64,000 nt of DNA from Candidatus Spongiisociaceae bacterium (GCA_965219685.1 CBDCOH010000002.1:480001-544000); one strand, 5' to 3'. Positions 19,108 through 28,718 are shown, numbered from the stretch's first letter. The notes: generated by a model not told the origin, from the sequence alone. Translations and numbers: made by a program.

Positions 19108-19206
19108 TTATCCGGCGATCCCCCACAGTTGGATCAGGAAGACGATTCCCGCTAGGCCGATCACAGCCAGCAGAGCGAGTAGGGCGAAGGCTGTTCCCGG
19201 TCTCAA
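19108..19206 (-). CDS. Putative 32-aa single-TM small protein (not in the ORF track)
   Basis: TTG-start ORF MRPGTAFALLALLAVIGLAGIVFLIQLWGIAG*, co-oriented just downstream of the cytochrome c gene. Confidence 0.55.
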   Translation of the reverse strand: MRPGTAFALLALLAVIGLAGIVFLIQLWGIAG

Positions 19207-19212
19207 CTCCTT

Positions 19213-19268
19213 TCACCACTCACCATTCACCATTCACCATTCACCATTCACTACTCACCATCCACTAC
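19213..19268. repeat. (TCACCAT)n heptamer array, ~8 units
   Basis: Seen directly at the stop of the 19265-20269 gene. Confidence 0.95.
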
Positions 19269-20269
19269 TCGCCTTGGGCGAGCGAGTCGTCCCCCTGCCC
19301 GCCTTCCTCTTCCTCCGGTTCGGCGAAGCCGCAGTCGAACACGGCTTCCTCGACATCCTGGCCTCCGAGCACCACCCGCTCGTAGAAGACCACCGCGGCG
19401 ATCTCGTCGGGGCTGAGGGTGTCCTGGAAGGAAGGCATCTGCCCCCCGCTCCCGACCGCCTTTGCGGTATCCCCGTACGTAGCGCGGCCCTCGGACTGGA
19501 ATCCGGTGGTACCCAGTGCTACCCATTCGATGTGGTCGGTGCACATCGCGAAGGTTGAGAGAACCTCTCCCGCCAGAGCGGGTCCGGAGCCGCCCTCCCC
19601 GCCCGCGCCGTGGCATGAACTGCAACTGGAAGGCGCCGCGTACACCACGCTGGCTTCTCCGATGAGTGCCCGCACGTCCACTCCGCCCGCACCGCCGCCG
19701 GCGGCGAACTCCGACCCGTCGCAGTTCTCGACGGCTCCGGACAGGCGATCGACTGCGAGTTGGCCTCCCACCCCGCAGGTGGGGCCGTTGGCAAAGGTGA
19801 CCAGGTAGGTGAGGCCGATGAGGGGCACGGCGAAGAACAGCACCATGAGCCAGCGAGGTATCGCCGCGGCGATCCTCTCGGTGATCCCGGCGGTGGGGCC
19901 GGTGACGACAGCTTCGAAATCAAGGGCCTCCGCCACGCTGACCCGTTCGGGCGGCGGTGGGGCGCCGGTGAGCGTCGCGGCTTCGGTCACCGGCGCGGTC
20001 GGCACGGCGGCGGTCGGTTGAGCAACCGGTCCGGGAGCCGCCGGCGGTTCCGGCGGAGCCGGCTCAGGGGCCACCGGCGCGGGCGCGGCGGCAGGTGCCG
20101 CCTGGCGAGTTGCGCCTGCATCCGTGGGGGTGGGCGCGCCGCCGGCCCACGCGGCCAGCACATCCTCCACCGGGACACCGTCCGCGGCGGCTCGGGCTTC
20201 TGCCGACCGCTCGATCAGGTGCTCGGGGCTACCGAGCTTGGCCGCCGCCGCCGAGAGGAGGTCGCTCAT
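19265..20269 (-). CDS. Membrane-anchored monoheme cytochrome c with N-terminal PEHL module and Pro/Ala linker
   Basis: CSSCH heme motif, QMPSF axial Met, one TM helix. Confidence 0.9.
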   Translation of the reverse strand: MSDLLSAAAAKLGSPEHLIERSAEARAAADGVPVEDVLAAWAGGAPTPTDAGATRQAAPAAAPAPVAPEPAPPEPPAAPGPVAQPTAAVPTAPVTEAATLTGAPPPPERVSVAEALDFEAVVTGPTAGITERIAAAIPRWLMVLFFAVPLIGLTYLVTFANGPTCGVGGQLAVDRLSGAVENCDGSEFAAGGGAGGVDVRALIGEASVVYAAPSSCSSCHGAGGEGGSGPALAGEVLSTFAMCTDHIEWVALGTTGFQSEGRATYGDTAKAVGSGGQMPSFQDTLSPDEIAAVVFYERVVLGGQDVEEAVFDCGFAEPEEEEGGQGDDSLAQGE

Positions 20270-20384
20270 GCGGTCGCCTCGCTCTGCTCAGGTGTCGGGT
20301 GCCTGGTGCCTGGTGCGGTTGCGTGCAGGTTGCTCAGGTCGGACATCGGAAGTCGGGCATGGGACAAGAGCGCCACCGTCATCG

Positions 20385-21200
20385 TCACCTTGATTCCGCC
20401 AGGTAGGTGGCCAACGCCGTCAGGTCGGTGTCCGAAAGGTGGCTGTAAGAAGGATGCATGCCCTCAGGCAAGACCTGCCCTGGATGCGTCAAGAACGCGA
20501 TGAACTCGTCGGCCGTGGCCGGTCCATCCTCACCTCCGTAGGAGGGACGAGCGCCGACGTGGGCCAGGTCGGGGCCGATCCGCTGCACGCCGAACGTGGA
20601 GGTGCTCAGCGCGTCGGCGAAGGTCTCGGTGGCCGGGCCCAGTCCCACATCGGCCAAAACAGGTCGCACGAGTTGCGTATGGCAGTAGCCGCAGCCGTGG
20701 TTCAGGTAGACAGCCCGTCCCCGCTCGCCAAGATCGGTCAGTTGGGCGTCGGGAACCAGATGGCGGTAGTCGCCGCCGGCGTTGAACGGTCCGATCAATG
20801 TGATCAGCAGTCCGAGCAGGAAGAGACCCGCCATCATCAGCCAGGTGCGTGCCGGGTGGAAGCGTCGCCCTTCCAGGATGGGCGTGGCCTTGCTGCGCGC
20901 GGGGGCGACCGTCACCGCAGGGGCCGCCACCTCCGGCACGATCGTGGCGACGGCGGCAGGGGTGGGCGCGGTGGTCGCGGCCTGCGCGACGGGAGCGGGG
21001 GCCGGAGCCGCCGGCTCGGGTTGGGGCGGAGCGGTCTGTGTGGTGGGAGCGGGCGTCGGAGGGGGTGCTCCGCCCCCCCAGGCGCTGAGAACGGCCTCGT
21101 AGGTCGTGCCGTCGGCCTCGGCTCGCGCTTGGGCTGCACGCTCCACGAGGTGCTCGGGTGCTCCGAGGGCCGCCGCGGCCGCCGCTAGCAGGTCACTCAT
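20385..21200 (-). CDS. ccoO: cbb3-type oxidase subunit II (CcoO/FixO)-like cytochrome c with N-terminal PEHL module
   Basis: GRAVY...GCGYCHTQLVRP and QRIGPDLAHVG CcoO signatures. Confidence 0.85.
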   Translation of the reverse strand: MSDLLAAAAAALGAPEHLVERAAQARAEADGTTYEAVLSAWGGGAPPPTPAPTTQTAPPQPEPAAPAPAPVAQAATTAPTPAAVATIVPEVAAPAVTVAPARSKATPILEGRRFHPARTWLMMAGLFLLGLLITLIGPFNAGGDYRHLVPDAQLTDLGERGRAVYLNHGCGYCHTQLVRPVLADVGLGPATETFADALSTSTFGVQRIGPDLAHVGARPSYGGEDGPATADEFIAFLTHPGQVLPEGMHPSYSHLSDTDLTALATYLAESR

Positions 21201-22653
21201 CGCCGGATCCCGGTCGCTCGGCGGCGCTAACCGGCATCAGCATCTCGACCGCGCGGGCCGGTCCCGCCACGTAGGTTCCTATGGCTGCCCAAGCCAGCAG
21301 GGCGATCCCGACCACGGCCATCACTGAGGCGAGGGCGGCCAGCGTGAACAGGACATCTACCGTGGCGAGCGTCTCGGAGAACCCGCTCCCGCTGTTGGCA
21401 CGGGCGCCCGAGGCGGTAGCCCAGTTCCAGGTGAGACCTGCAACCAGGCCGGCCAGTGCCATCGCGCCGGCGGCAACGCCGCCGCCCCAAAGCACCAGCC
21501 GGAGCCCGCGATTCACCGTTTCGATGCCGGAGAACTCCCGTCCGGTGGTGCGGGGGAACGCGTAGTAGACGAATCCCAGGCCGAGAACCGGTATCGCCAC
21601 CAGCATGAGGCCGGTGGCCAACCCGTCGTGCCAAGTGGTGAGACCCACCACTGCCGCTACAGAGCGAAAGCCGGATGCACCGATCAGGAAGGTGATCAGG
21701 CTGTACGCGATCGTTCCGACCAGCACCATGCGCGTGACCACGCTCTGGCGGGCGGTCTCCCACTCACCCGAAAGCGTCAGCCCGATGTTGGCCGCCACGG
21801 TCAGTGCCGACAGGGCCAGCCCCATGGAAGCGGCAACGGCGACCGTCTCGGTCCAGTCGGGGGCGGGACCGCCCAGGTACCGGGCGGGGGTGGCCAGCAG
21901 AGCGGTACCGGCGAGAGTCCAGAATCCTGCCCGGGCCAGCGGGCCGGAGAAGAGGGGCCGGCCACTTTCCTTGACGACGATGTAGTAGGCGCCCCCGATA
22001 GCAGCCGCCGGGAAGGCCAGCGTCAGCATCCCCCCCGCCACCACGCTTGTCTGGAGGAACGGGCCGATCCCTCCCAGGCCGGGGATGCTCCCCGTCACGT
22101 AGAGCGCCGGATACCACCACACCGCTCCTACGACGTACAGAAGGGAGACGTAGGTTCCCTGTTCGGTCCGCTCCCGAATCATCGAGGTCACGATCAGGGC
22201 GGGAACGAGCGAAGCCGCCGCGAGCGGCCAGTCCAGCAGCGGGGGGAACTCGGCCAGTTCCGATCCCGCCGGACCGCGGAACAGGACGACCAGCACTCCG
22301 ACCACGACCAGGCCGGCATGGGCGGTTCCCGACAGCAGAGCCACCGTCTGGCGGCGCAGGGGGACACCCACAAGCCGCGGCGTCAGGTAGTACACGACGG
22401 CATGGGTGAGGGTTCCGCCGAATCCGTAGACGAGCATGGACCACGCCGCCGGGCGGAGGCGCCCGAAGGAAAGGAAGGCCGTGTCCGCGAACAGGGTCGG
22501 TACGGCCAGCTTGATGAACATCACTGACAGCAGGCCTGCACCCGCCAGCGCCAGGAGGCAGGCGAGAAGCATGAGGCCGGACGCAGCGACCTCGCGCCTG
22601 TCCTCCCAGGTTCCGGTATCCGGAGAACCACCGTCGGTCTGCTCGTGCTCCAA
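21193..22653 (-). CDS. cbb3-type oxidase subunit I (CcoN)-like membrane protein lacking the canonical His ligands
   Basis: LSFGRLRP, ELAEFP, YVSL, YYIV.K.SGRPLFS..L...GFW, YYAFPRTTGRE CcoN landmarks; ~12 TM; His ligand motifs absent. Confidence 0.8.
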   Translation of the reverse strand: MEHEQTDGGSPDTGTWEDRREVAASGLMLLACLLALAGAGLLSVMFIKLAVPTLFADTAFLSFGRLRPAAWSMLVYGFGGTLTHAVVYYLTPRLVGVPLRRQTVALLSGTAHAGLVVVGVLVVLFRGPAGSELAEFPPLLDWPLAAASLVPALIVTSMIRERTEQGTYVSLLYVVGAVWWYPALYVTGSIPGLGGIGPFLQTSVVAGGMLTLAFPAAAIGGAYYIVVKESGRPLFSGPLARAGFWTLAGTALLATPARYLGGPAPDWTETVAVAASMGLALSALTVAANIGLTLSGEWETARQSVVTRMVLVGTIAYSLITFLIGASGFRSVAAVVGLTTWHDGLATGLMLVAIPVLGLGFVYYAFPRTTGREFSGIETVNRGLRLVLWGGGVAAGAMALAGLVAGLTWNWATASGARANSGSGFSETLATVDVLFTLAALASVMAVVGIALLAWAAIGTYVAGPARAVEMLMPVSAAERPGSGDE

Positions 22654-22984
22654 GCCCGATTACTCCTCGTGTCCCGTTGCTTGCCTCAGCGTAGATTAAC
22701 GTCGTGACGACGCCCGTCATCCGGCCCCGGAGGCCCACGTTCGTGGCGGTCCGCTCGGCTCACCCGTTCCCGCCCACCGGGCGGGACCCCTGGGCTTCCG
22801 AGGATACGCCGCCGACGGATGGGTTTAGCGAGCGACCACCTTTCTGCTTCAATGGGTTGGACTGATCGGAATGATTCCGAGCCCGTAGACGGTGGGTCCG
22901 CGCGGTCTCCGATGAGGGAGAGAAACCGGGCGGTCGGCAGGGCCGGGCGACCCGAGTCGAGGCGACACGGAGGCTAACTACCAG

Positions 22985-23758
22985 ATGGTGCAACGCAGGC
23001 TTCGGCAGATGAGCGGCAAGGAGCGAGCGCTCGTCGGCTGGGCGTTGTTTGTTCTGGGCCTGGGAGCCTTGGTCGTGGGCATCTGGTTCAACCACTACTC
23101 GAACTTCCCGTCGTTCGAGACCGTCACCATCGCCGTGGACGAGGCGTCGGGAGTCCGCGCCGGCGATCGCATCATGTACGAGCGCGAGATGCGGACAGTG
23201 GCCAGGACGCCGTCGGTGGACCCGTCCCTTCCGCAGGTTCCGGTGGACATGATGGTCGAAGTCGACAACTTCGGCTGGTTGCCGCGCGACTGCCTGATCC
23301 GGGGCGGCGACTGGTGCCTTCCGTGGTCCACCCTGGGCCACCTGGTCGCCTTCGGCGGAAGCCAGTTGATGCTCCTCGGAGTTGCCATCGCGGTGATTCT
23401 CGGCAGGCGAATGACCTGGTCGGTGGCTTCCCTGGCCGCTTTCCTCGCGATGCTCGAGCTGGTAATCCTGCTGGGAACGGTGGCGTCGGAGTGGCTCAAC
23501 CTGGCCCAAGGGCCCCTCAACTGGACCGAGCAGAACGACGCCTTCGGCATCTGGGCTCCACTCGTGCTCGGCAACCAGGTGGGGGTCAGTTGGGGCGCCA
23601 TCAAGGACTTCGTGTCGATCAACTACAACATGGGCGCCCTCACCTTTATCATTCTCTTCGCCCGTTGGATCCAGGGCTTCGGTGGTCCGATGCCCGAGGA
23701 GAAGCAGTCGCAGACGGTCTCGCCGTACGGGCGCCCGCTGGTCAAAGGAGCCGAGTAG
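22985..23758 (+). CDS. Membrane protein heading the Rieske/cytochrome b operon
   Basis: Multi-TM; C-terminal SPYGRPLVKG; stop abuts the ferredoxin ATG. Confidence 0.75.
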   Translation: MVQRRLRQMSGKERALVGWALFVLGLGALVVGIWFNHYSNFPSFETVTIAVDEASGVRAGDRIMYEREMRTVARTPSVDPSLPQVPVDMMVEVDNFGWLPRDCLIRGGDWCLPWSTLGHLVAFGGSQLMLLGVAIAVILGRRMTWSVASLAAFLAMLELVILLGTVASEWLNLAQGPLNWTEQNDAFGIWAPLVLGNQVGVSWGAIKDFVSINYNMGALTFIILFARWIQGFGGPMPEEKQSQTVSPYGRPLVKGAE

Positions 23759-24214
23759 ATGGCCAAGTCCGAGGTCTGGTTCGAGACGCCGCCGTTCCGT
23801 GATGACTACCAATTGGCGATGGTGGATAGCGATTACGTCCAGAGCCAGGTCCGGCCCAAGCAGTTCCTCCACATCAACCAGGCCGAGTGCATCCTGTGTG
23901 AGGGCTGTGTCGACATTTGCCCGTGGAAGTGCATCCACTACCTATCCCTCGACGCCATCGACGAGGCGCACGGTGTCGACCACCCGACTGACAGCTCGGA
24001 CAACCTGGGGTTCTTCGTAGTCGACGAGTACGAGTGCACCAGGTGCCAGCTCTGCATCGACCGGTGCCCCACGAACGTGATTTCGATCGGTAAGTTCGCG
24101 GGGTCGGTCACCGATACGGCGATGAACGCGGGGTTGATAGATCAGGCGCCCTGGGACCAGGACACCGGTGCCCGTGACTTCAAGAACGGCTACACCTACG
24201 GCATGCGCTGGTAG
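23759..24214 (+). CDS. 2x[4Fe-4S] ferredoxin
   Basis: CILCEGCVDICP and CTRCQLCIDRCP. Confidence 0.93.
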   Translation: MAKSEVWFETPPFRDDYQLAMVDSDYVQSQVRPKQFLHINQAECILCEGCVDICPWKCIHYLSLDAIDEAHGVDHPTDSSDNLGFFVVDEYECTRCQLCIDRCPTNVISIGKFAGSVTDTAMNAGLIDQAPWDQDTGARDFKNGYTYGMRW

Positions 24215-24229
24215 ACGGAGGCTCGAGTA

Positions 24230-25003
24230 ATGGTGCTGGGAGATGGTATGAAGCTAAAGGAGCGGGTGTCGGACGCCGCCGACTCCTTCCGTCGCAGCGC
24301 CTTCTGGGAGTCGATGTTCCGTCCGGGGTCTCCCTTCAAGCGAGGGTACAGCGACAGCCCACGTAACCGTTCTTACGTAATCATGAACAACGTCCTGTAT
24401 CACCTGCACCCGGTCAAGGTCAAACGGCACGCGGTCCGACTCTCCTACACGCTGTGCCTCGGTGGTACGAGCTTCTTCCTGTTCATCCTGCTCACGATCA
24501 CCGGCATCTTCCTCATGTTCTACTACCGACCCACCTCCCCTGCCGCATATATCGATGTCGAGGCGCTCTCGACCTCGGTCGCCTTCGGATCGCTGGTCCG
24601 CAACCTCCACCGGTGGGGCGCCCACCTGATGGTCCTGACGGTCTTCCTGCACATGTCGAGGGTGTTCTACCACGGCGCGTACAAGCCCCCGCGCGAGTTC
24701 AACTGGGTGGTGGGCGTGGTCCTCCTGCTGCTGACCCTTCTGCTCTCCTTCACCGGTTACCTGCTGCCGTGGGACCAGTTGGCGCTGTGGGCGGTGACGG
24801 TGGGCACCAACATGGCCGGCTTCACGCCCGTCTTCGGCAACCAGGTGAAGTTCGCCCTGCTGGGCGGGATCGAAGTGACCGGGAATACGCTGCTGCGTTT
24901 CTACGTCCTCCACGTCCTGTTCCTGCCTTTCGTGATCGTCATCTTCATGGCGGTTCACTTCTGGCGGGTGCGCAAGGACGGTGGGATATCAGGGCCGCTA
25001 TAG
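24230..25003 (+). CDS. petB: Cytochrome b, b6-type split N-terminal subunit
   Basis: TLCLGG (heme ci Cys), [33 protein letters not shown]....[13 protein letters not shown]. Confidence 0.92.
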   Translation: MVLGDGMKLKERVSDAADSFRRSAFWESMFRPGSPFKRGYSDSPRNRSYVIMNNVLYHLHPVKVKRHAVRLSYTLCLGGTSFFLFILLTITGIFLMFYYRPTSPAAYIDVEALSTSVAFGSLVRNLHRWGAHLMVLTVFLHMSRVFYHGAYKPPREFNWVVGVVLLLLTLLLSFTGYLLPWDQLALWAVTVGTNMAGFTPVFGNQVKFALLGGIEVTGNTLLRFYVLHVLFLPFVIVIFMAVHFWRVRKDGGISGPL

Positions 25004-25020
25004 GAGACGTCTGAGAACCG

Positions 25021-25926
25021 ATGGTGGAGATACCCGAACACCTGCTACGACGCTCAGCGGAGGCGAAGGCGAAGGCTCTCGGCGTTCCGGTGGACCAGGT
25101 GCTGGCCGAGATGCGAGGTGAGACCGCCCCGCAAGCAGCGGAGGCACCGGCCGCACCGCCGGTTCCACCACCCCTGTCGACCCCGGATCCCGCGGCTCCG
25201 GTCGTCCCGGCGCCGCCCGCTCCCGTTCCACCGGCGCCGGCGCCCCCGCCGGATCCGGTAGCCGAGACGCCTGCGCCGGTGGCGGTCGTCGAGGAGGCAC
25301 CTGTGGCGGCGGCCACCACGGTCACGCCGCCCGTGTCGGGCAACGGCGCCGCGACCACGGTCTCCCCACGTCCGGTGGCGCCACCGGAGGAGATACCGGA
25401 GGGAGTGAGACCCCAGCGCCTGCTCACGGTGGTGAAGGCGCGGGCCATCCAGCAGGTCAAGGCCACGCCCACCGACAAGGTCAACACCTGGCCTCACCTG
25501 ATGATCGCCGAGTTCACGGCGTTGATGGTGGTCACCGCGGCTCTGATCGTCCTGTCGGTGATCCTCCAGGCGCCACTACTGGAGTTGGCCAACTTCAACG
25601 AGACGCCGAACCCGTCGAAGGCGCCGTGGTACTTCCTCGGCTTGCAGGAACTGCTCTCCTACTACGACCCCCAGGTCGCAGGCGTGATCATCCCGACCAT
25701 CACCGGGCTGCTGGGTTTCATGGCAATTCCCTACGTGGACCGCAACCCCTCCACCAAGCCCTCGGACCGCAAGTTCGCAATCATGCTGTTCACGCTCTTC
25801 CTCGCCGGATCCGCGACGCTCACGCTGCTGGGGACCCTGTTCAGGGGTCCCGGCTTCAACTTCACGTACCCGTGGGCCGACGGGATCTGGTTCGATGACC
25901 TCAAGGACTGGGTGCACTTCGAATGA
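25021..25926 (+). CDS. petD: Cytochrome b subunit IV (PetD/QcrC-like) with N-terminal PEHL module and Pro-rich linker
   Basis: [31 protein letters not shown] (PEWY equivalent), IPYVDRNP. Confidence 0.88.
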   Translation: MVEIPEHLLRRSAEAKAKALGVPVDQVLAEMRGETAPQAAEAPAAPPVPPPLSTPDPAAPVVPAPPAPVPPAPAPPPDPVAETPAPVAVVEEAPVAAATTVTPPVSGNGAATTVSPRPVAPPEEIPEGVRPQRLLTVVKARAIQQVKATPTDKVNTWPHLMIAEFTALMVVTAALIVLSVILQAPLLELANFNETPNPSKAPWYFLGLQELLSYYDPQVAGVIIPTITGLLGFMAIPYVDRNPSTKPSDRKFAIMLFTLFLAGSATLTLLGTLFRGPGFNFTYPWADGIWFDDLKDWVHFE

Positions 25927-26834
25927 CCACCCTCCAGTTGCTGATCGTGGCGATCTCCGGAGTCGTGGTGGTAGGTGTGCTGGGGGCATTCGTGATCGCC
26001 TACCGCCGCACCGCCGGCCCGACCCGACCGTCGCGATCCTGGAGGTCGGAGGTGTCGCGCGAGACGCGTAAGGCGGATCGGTCGGCAATGCCGTCGAGAC
26101 TGGTCGTCCGGCGCCCGGAGCCCGCTCCCGAGCCAGAGCCCGAGGCCGACCCGACCGTCAGCGGCGTTCCCGACGAACCGGAGGTGTCACCGGCCCCGGT
26201 GGCTGTGCAGACGGTGGAAGTGCTGCGCGTCGAGGAACTCTCGCCCCAGGAGGCCGGCGTCAACCGCCGCCAGTTCTTCACCCGGGCGCTCGGCATCACG
26301 TTCGGTGCCTTCCTGGGCCTCAACGGCATCTCCTACCTGGCGTTCCTCTGGCCCCGCCTGTCCGGCGGGTTCGGGTCGGACATCGATGTCGGCGCCCTCG
26401 CCGATCTGCAGTCCGAGGTGATCCAGGACGATGGGTCGATACTCCCCAAGTTCGTGCCCGAGGCCCGGGCCTACATCATCCCCTTCGCCGAGTCCGACAT
26501 GTCCCGATCGCAGTTCGGGGGGATGCCGGTCGTGGCCGGCGGGCTCTCCGCTCTGTTCCAGCGGTGCGTCCACCTCGGTTGCCGGGTTCCGTGGTGCGAG
26601 ACCTCGCAGGGCTTCGAATGCCCCTGCCACGGCTCGAAGTACAACTACGCCGGGGAGTACGAGGCGGGTCCGGCGCCCCGCAACCTGGACAGGTTCGAAG
26701 TGTTAGACGTCAACGGCCGCATGATCGTCAAGACCGGCACGATCTTCCAGACTGCCCGGGCCATCGCCAAGACCGTGTCTTACCCCCAGGGCCCCTCGTG
26801 CATCGCCCTGACGACCACTGACGAGGAGGCCTAG
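25923..26834 (+). CDS. petC: Rieske 2Fe-2S subunit
   Basis: NRRQF Tat-like motif, CVHLGC and CPCHGSKY boxes, GPAPRNLD. Confidence 0.95.
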   Translation: MTTLQLLIVAISGVVVVGVLGAFVIAYRRTAGPTRPSRSWRSEVSRETRKADRSAMPSRLVVRRPEPAPEPEPEADPTVSGVPDEPEVSPAPVAVQTVEVLRVEELSPQEAGVNRRQFFTRALGITFGAFLGLNGISYLAFLWPRLSGGFGSDIDVGALADLQSEVIQDDGSILPKFVPEARAYIIPFAESDMSRSQFGGMPVVAGGLSALFQRCVHLGCRVPWCETSQGFECPCHGSKYNYAGEYEAGPAPRNLDRFEVLDVNGRMIVKTGTIFQTARAIAKTVSYPQGPSCIALTTTDEEA

Positions 26835-26838
26835 GCCG

Positions 26839-28305
26839 GTGGCAACCCTGGTCGTGACCATCGTCGCCCTGGGCGCGATCGGTTGGTTCGCCTATCTCGT
26901 GGGCTCCGGTTCGCGGCGGGACCGCAAGGATCCTGTGCCGGCCAACCTGTCCGCCTCCCAGACCGACGACGAGATGGAGACCAGGCGTCTCGACCGGACG
27001 CTGGTCGGCGCGGTGCTCAGCGCGGCCTTCCTCACCCTGGCCATGCCCATCTACTACCTCGGGGAACTCGACCGGCAAGAGGGCTTCGTGGAGGAATTCG
27101 GCGATGCGTCCCTGGAGCGGGGGCACCATGTCTGGGAGGAGTTCGGTTGCGGCGACTGCCACGGGGTGGCGGCCGGAGGCGGCGTGGCGGCGTTCCTCGA
27201 GGAACGTTCCCAGGTCAACGTGGCGGGCTGGGCCGCTCCGGCACTCGACGACATCTTCTACCGGTACGACCGGGACGAGGTCGCGTTCTGGATCGTCTAC
27301 GGCCGGGCAAACTCTCCGATGCCTCCATGGGGCCTGGACGGCGGGGGCCCTCTGAACAGCCAGCAGATCGACGACTTGCTCAACTACATCCAGTCGATCC
27401 AGATCGACCAACCGGGCGCTCTGCTCAAGATCGAAGGCTCCGTGAACGGAGCGGTCAGCCGCCTGGACGGAGCGGCCGACGCGGTCGACGCCCAGATCTC
27501 CGAGCAACTGCGACTCATCGAGACCATAGAGACAGCCGGGCCGACCTCCGTGGTGATCTCCGATCTCGCGGAACGCGCCCGTGATCTGCTGGACGGGGCC
27601 GGATCCGGCATCGACACCGATGGCGACGGCCTCTCCGACGTGACCGAGATCGGCCTCACAGCTGTCCTGCAGGAGGCTCTCGCGGGTGGATTCGTCGCCA
27701 CCGAACTCACTTTCGACCCCCGCAACGCCGAGACGTTGATCGGTATCCGGGACGGCTCGTCGGCTGCCAGGGCCGTTGGAGACCTCGAGTCGAGCGCCAC
27801 CTCGCTCACCATAACCCTCCAGAACCAGGAGGTCCTCCTGGAGCAGGCCCGGTTCGGGCTGGGATTCCTGGAGGCTGCCGCTCGCAACGAACGCTGGACG
27901 GTGGACATGGACGCGGTGGCCCGGGCGACCTTCGACGGTGACGGAGAAGTGGCGGCCCGGGCAGTGAGTCTCTACAACGCCTACTGCGCCAGATGCCACA
28001 CCGCCGGGTACTCGGCCGGGCCCTCCTTCCAGCAGGCCCAGGCGTCCGGAGCTCTGGGTCCCTCCCTGCGCGACGGACGGGCGCTCACCCAGTTCCTCAC
28101 CCATGAGGACATGTACGACTTCATCTCGGTCGGTTCCGTGTCGGGACAGGGTTACGGCGTAAACGGGGTGGGCTCGGGACGGATGCCCGGATTCGGTATG
28201 GTGCTGTCCGCAGAGGATCTCGATCTGATCGTCCAGTACCTCCGCGGGGTGACCCTGGACGGCAATGACTACGTGGACGGAAGCGACCCGGGAGGAGGGG
28301 AGTAG
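26839..28305 (+). CDS. Membrane-anchored diheme cytochrome c
   Basis: CGDCH and CARCH, each with a downstream MP axial Met; long helical inter-heme insert. Confidence 0.9.
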   Translation: MATLVVTIVALGAIGWFAYLVGSGSRRDRKDPVPANLSASQTDDEMETRRLDRTLVGAVLSAAFLTLAMPIYYLGELDRQEGFVEEFGDASLERGHHVWEEFGCGDCHGVAAGGGVAAFLEERSQVNVAGWAAPALDDIFYRYDRDEVAFWIVYGRANSPMPPWGLDGGGPLNSQQIDDLLNYIQSIQIDQPGALLKIEGSVNGAVSRLDGAADAVDAQISEQLRLIETIETAGPTSVVISDLAERARDLLDGAGSGIDTDGDGLSDVTEIGLTAVLQEALAGGFVATELTFDPRNAETLIGIRDGSSAARAVGDLESSATSLTITLQNQEVLLEQARFGLGFLEAAARNERWTVDMDAVARATFDGDGEVAARAVSLYNAYCARCHTAGYSAGPSFQQAQASGALGPSLRDGRALTQFLTHEDMYDFISVGSVSGQGYGVNGVGSGRMPGFGMVLSAEDLDLIVQYLRGVTLDGNDYVDGSDPGGGE

Positions 28306-28658
28306 TGCGCGAGCTGTTCCGGGCCCTGCTGTCGCAGAATCTCCTGTTCACGGGGATCGTGCTCACCCTCGCCGCCGTCCTGGTGTTCTTCGGCAGCGTC
28401 TACCTGCTGCAGTACACCAACCTCGGCAAGCGGCTGGCGATCCTCGTATCCGGGGCAGGCATCTTCGGATGGACCACGATCAACTCGATCCTGTTCGTCC
28501 TCTACGCACCCCGAGGACCCCGCCCGGTGGATTTCGAAGGCTTGAACGCATTCGAGATCAGGATCATCCCGGGCGCCTTCACGGCCGCCTCGGCGATCCT
28601 CTTCACGATGTTCCTGGTAGCACTCCACCGCTACGAGAGGGACCAGGAACGCGAATAG
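28305..28658 (+). CDS. Small 3-TM membrane protein, last gene of the bc operon
   Basis: Start overlaps the previous stop; hydrophobic. Confidence 0.75.
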   Translation: MRELFRALLSQNLLFTGIVLTLAAVLVFFGSVYLLQYTNLGKRLAILVSGAGIFGWTTINSILFVLYAPRGPRPVDFEGLNAFEIRIIPGAFTAASAILFTMFLVALHRYERDQERE

Positions 28659-28718
28659 TGGCTGGTGGCTGGCCTGTATTGCGCTAGCGAACCACTAACT
28701 ATCAATAACTAGCCACCA
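28656..28718. repeat. Paired degenerate heptamer arrays (TAGTGGC/TGGTGGC) and (ACCACTA/ACTATCA/ATAACTA/GCCACCA)
   Basis: Convergent junction with rex; both stops lie in the arms. Confidence 0.7.

Noticed and set aside
22654-22984. Rex operator in the divergent respiratory promoter
   Set aside because: No convincing TTGTGAA-N4-TTCACAA-like site found by eye despite the nearby rex gene.
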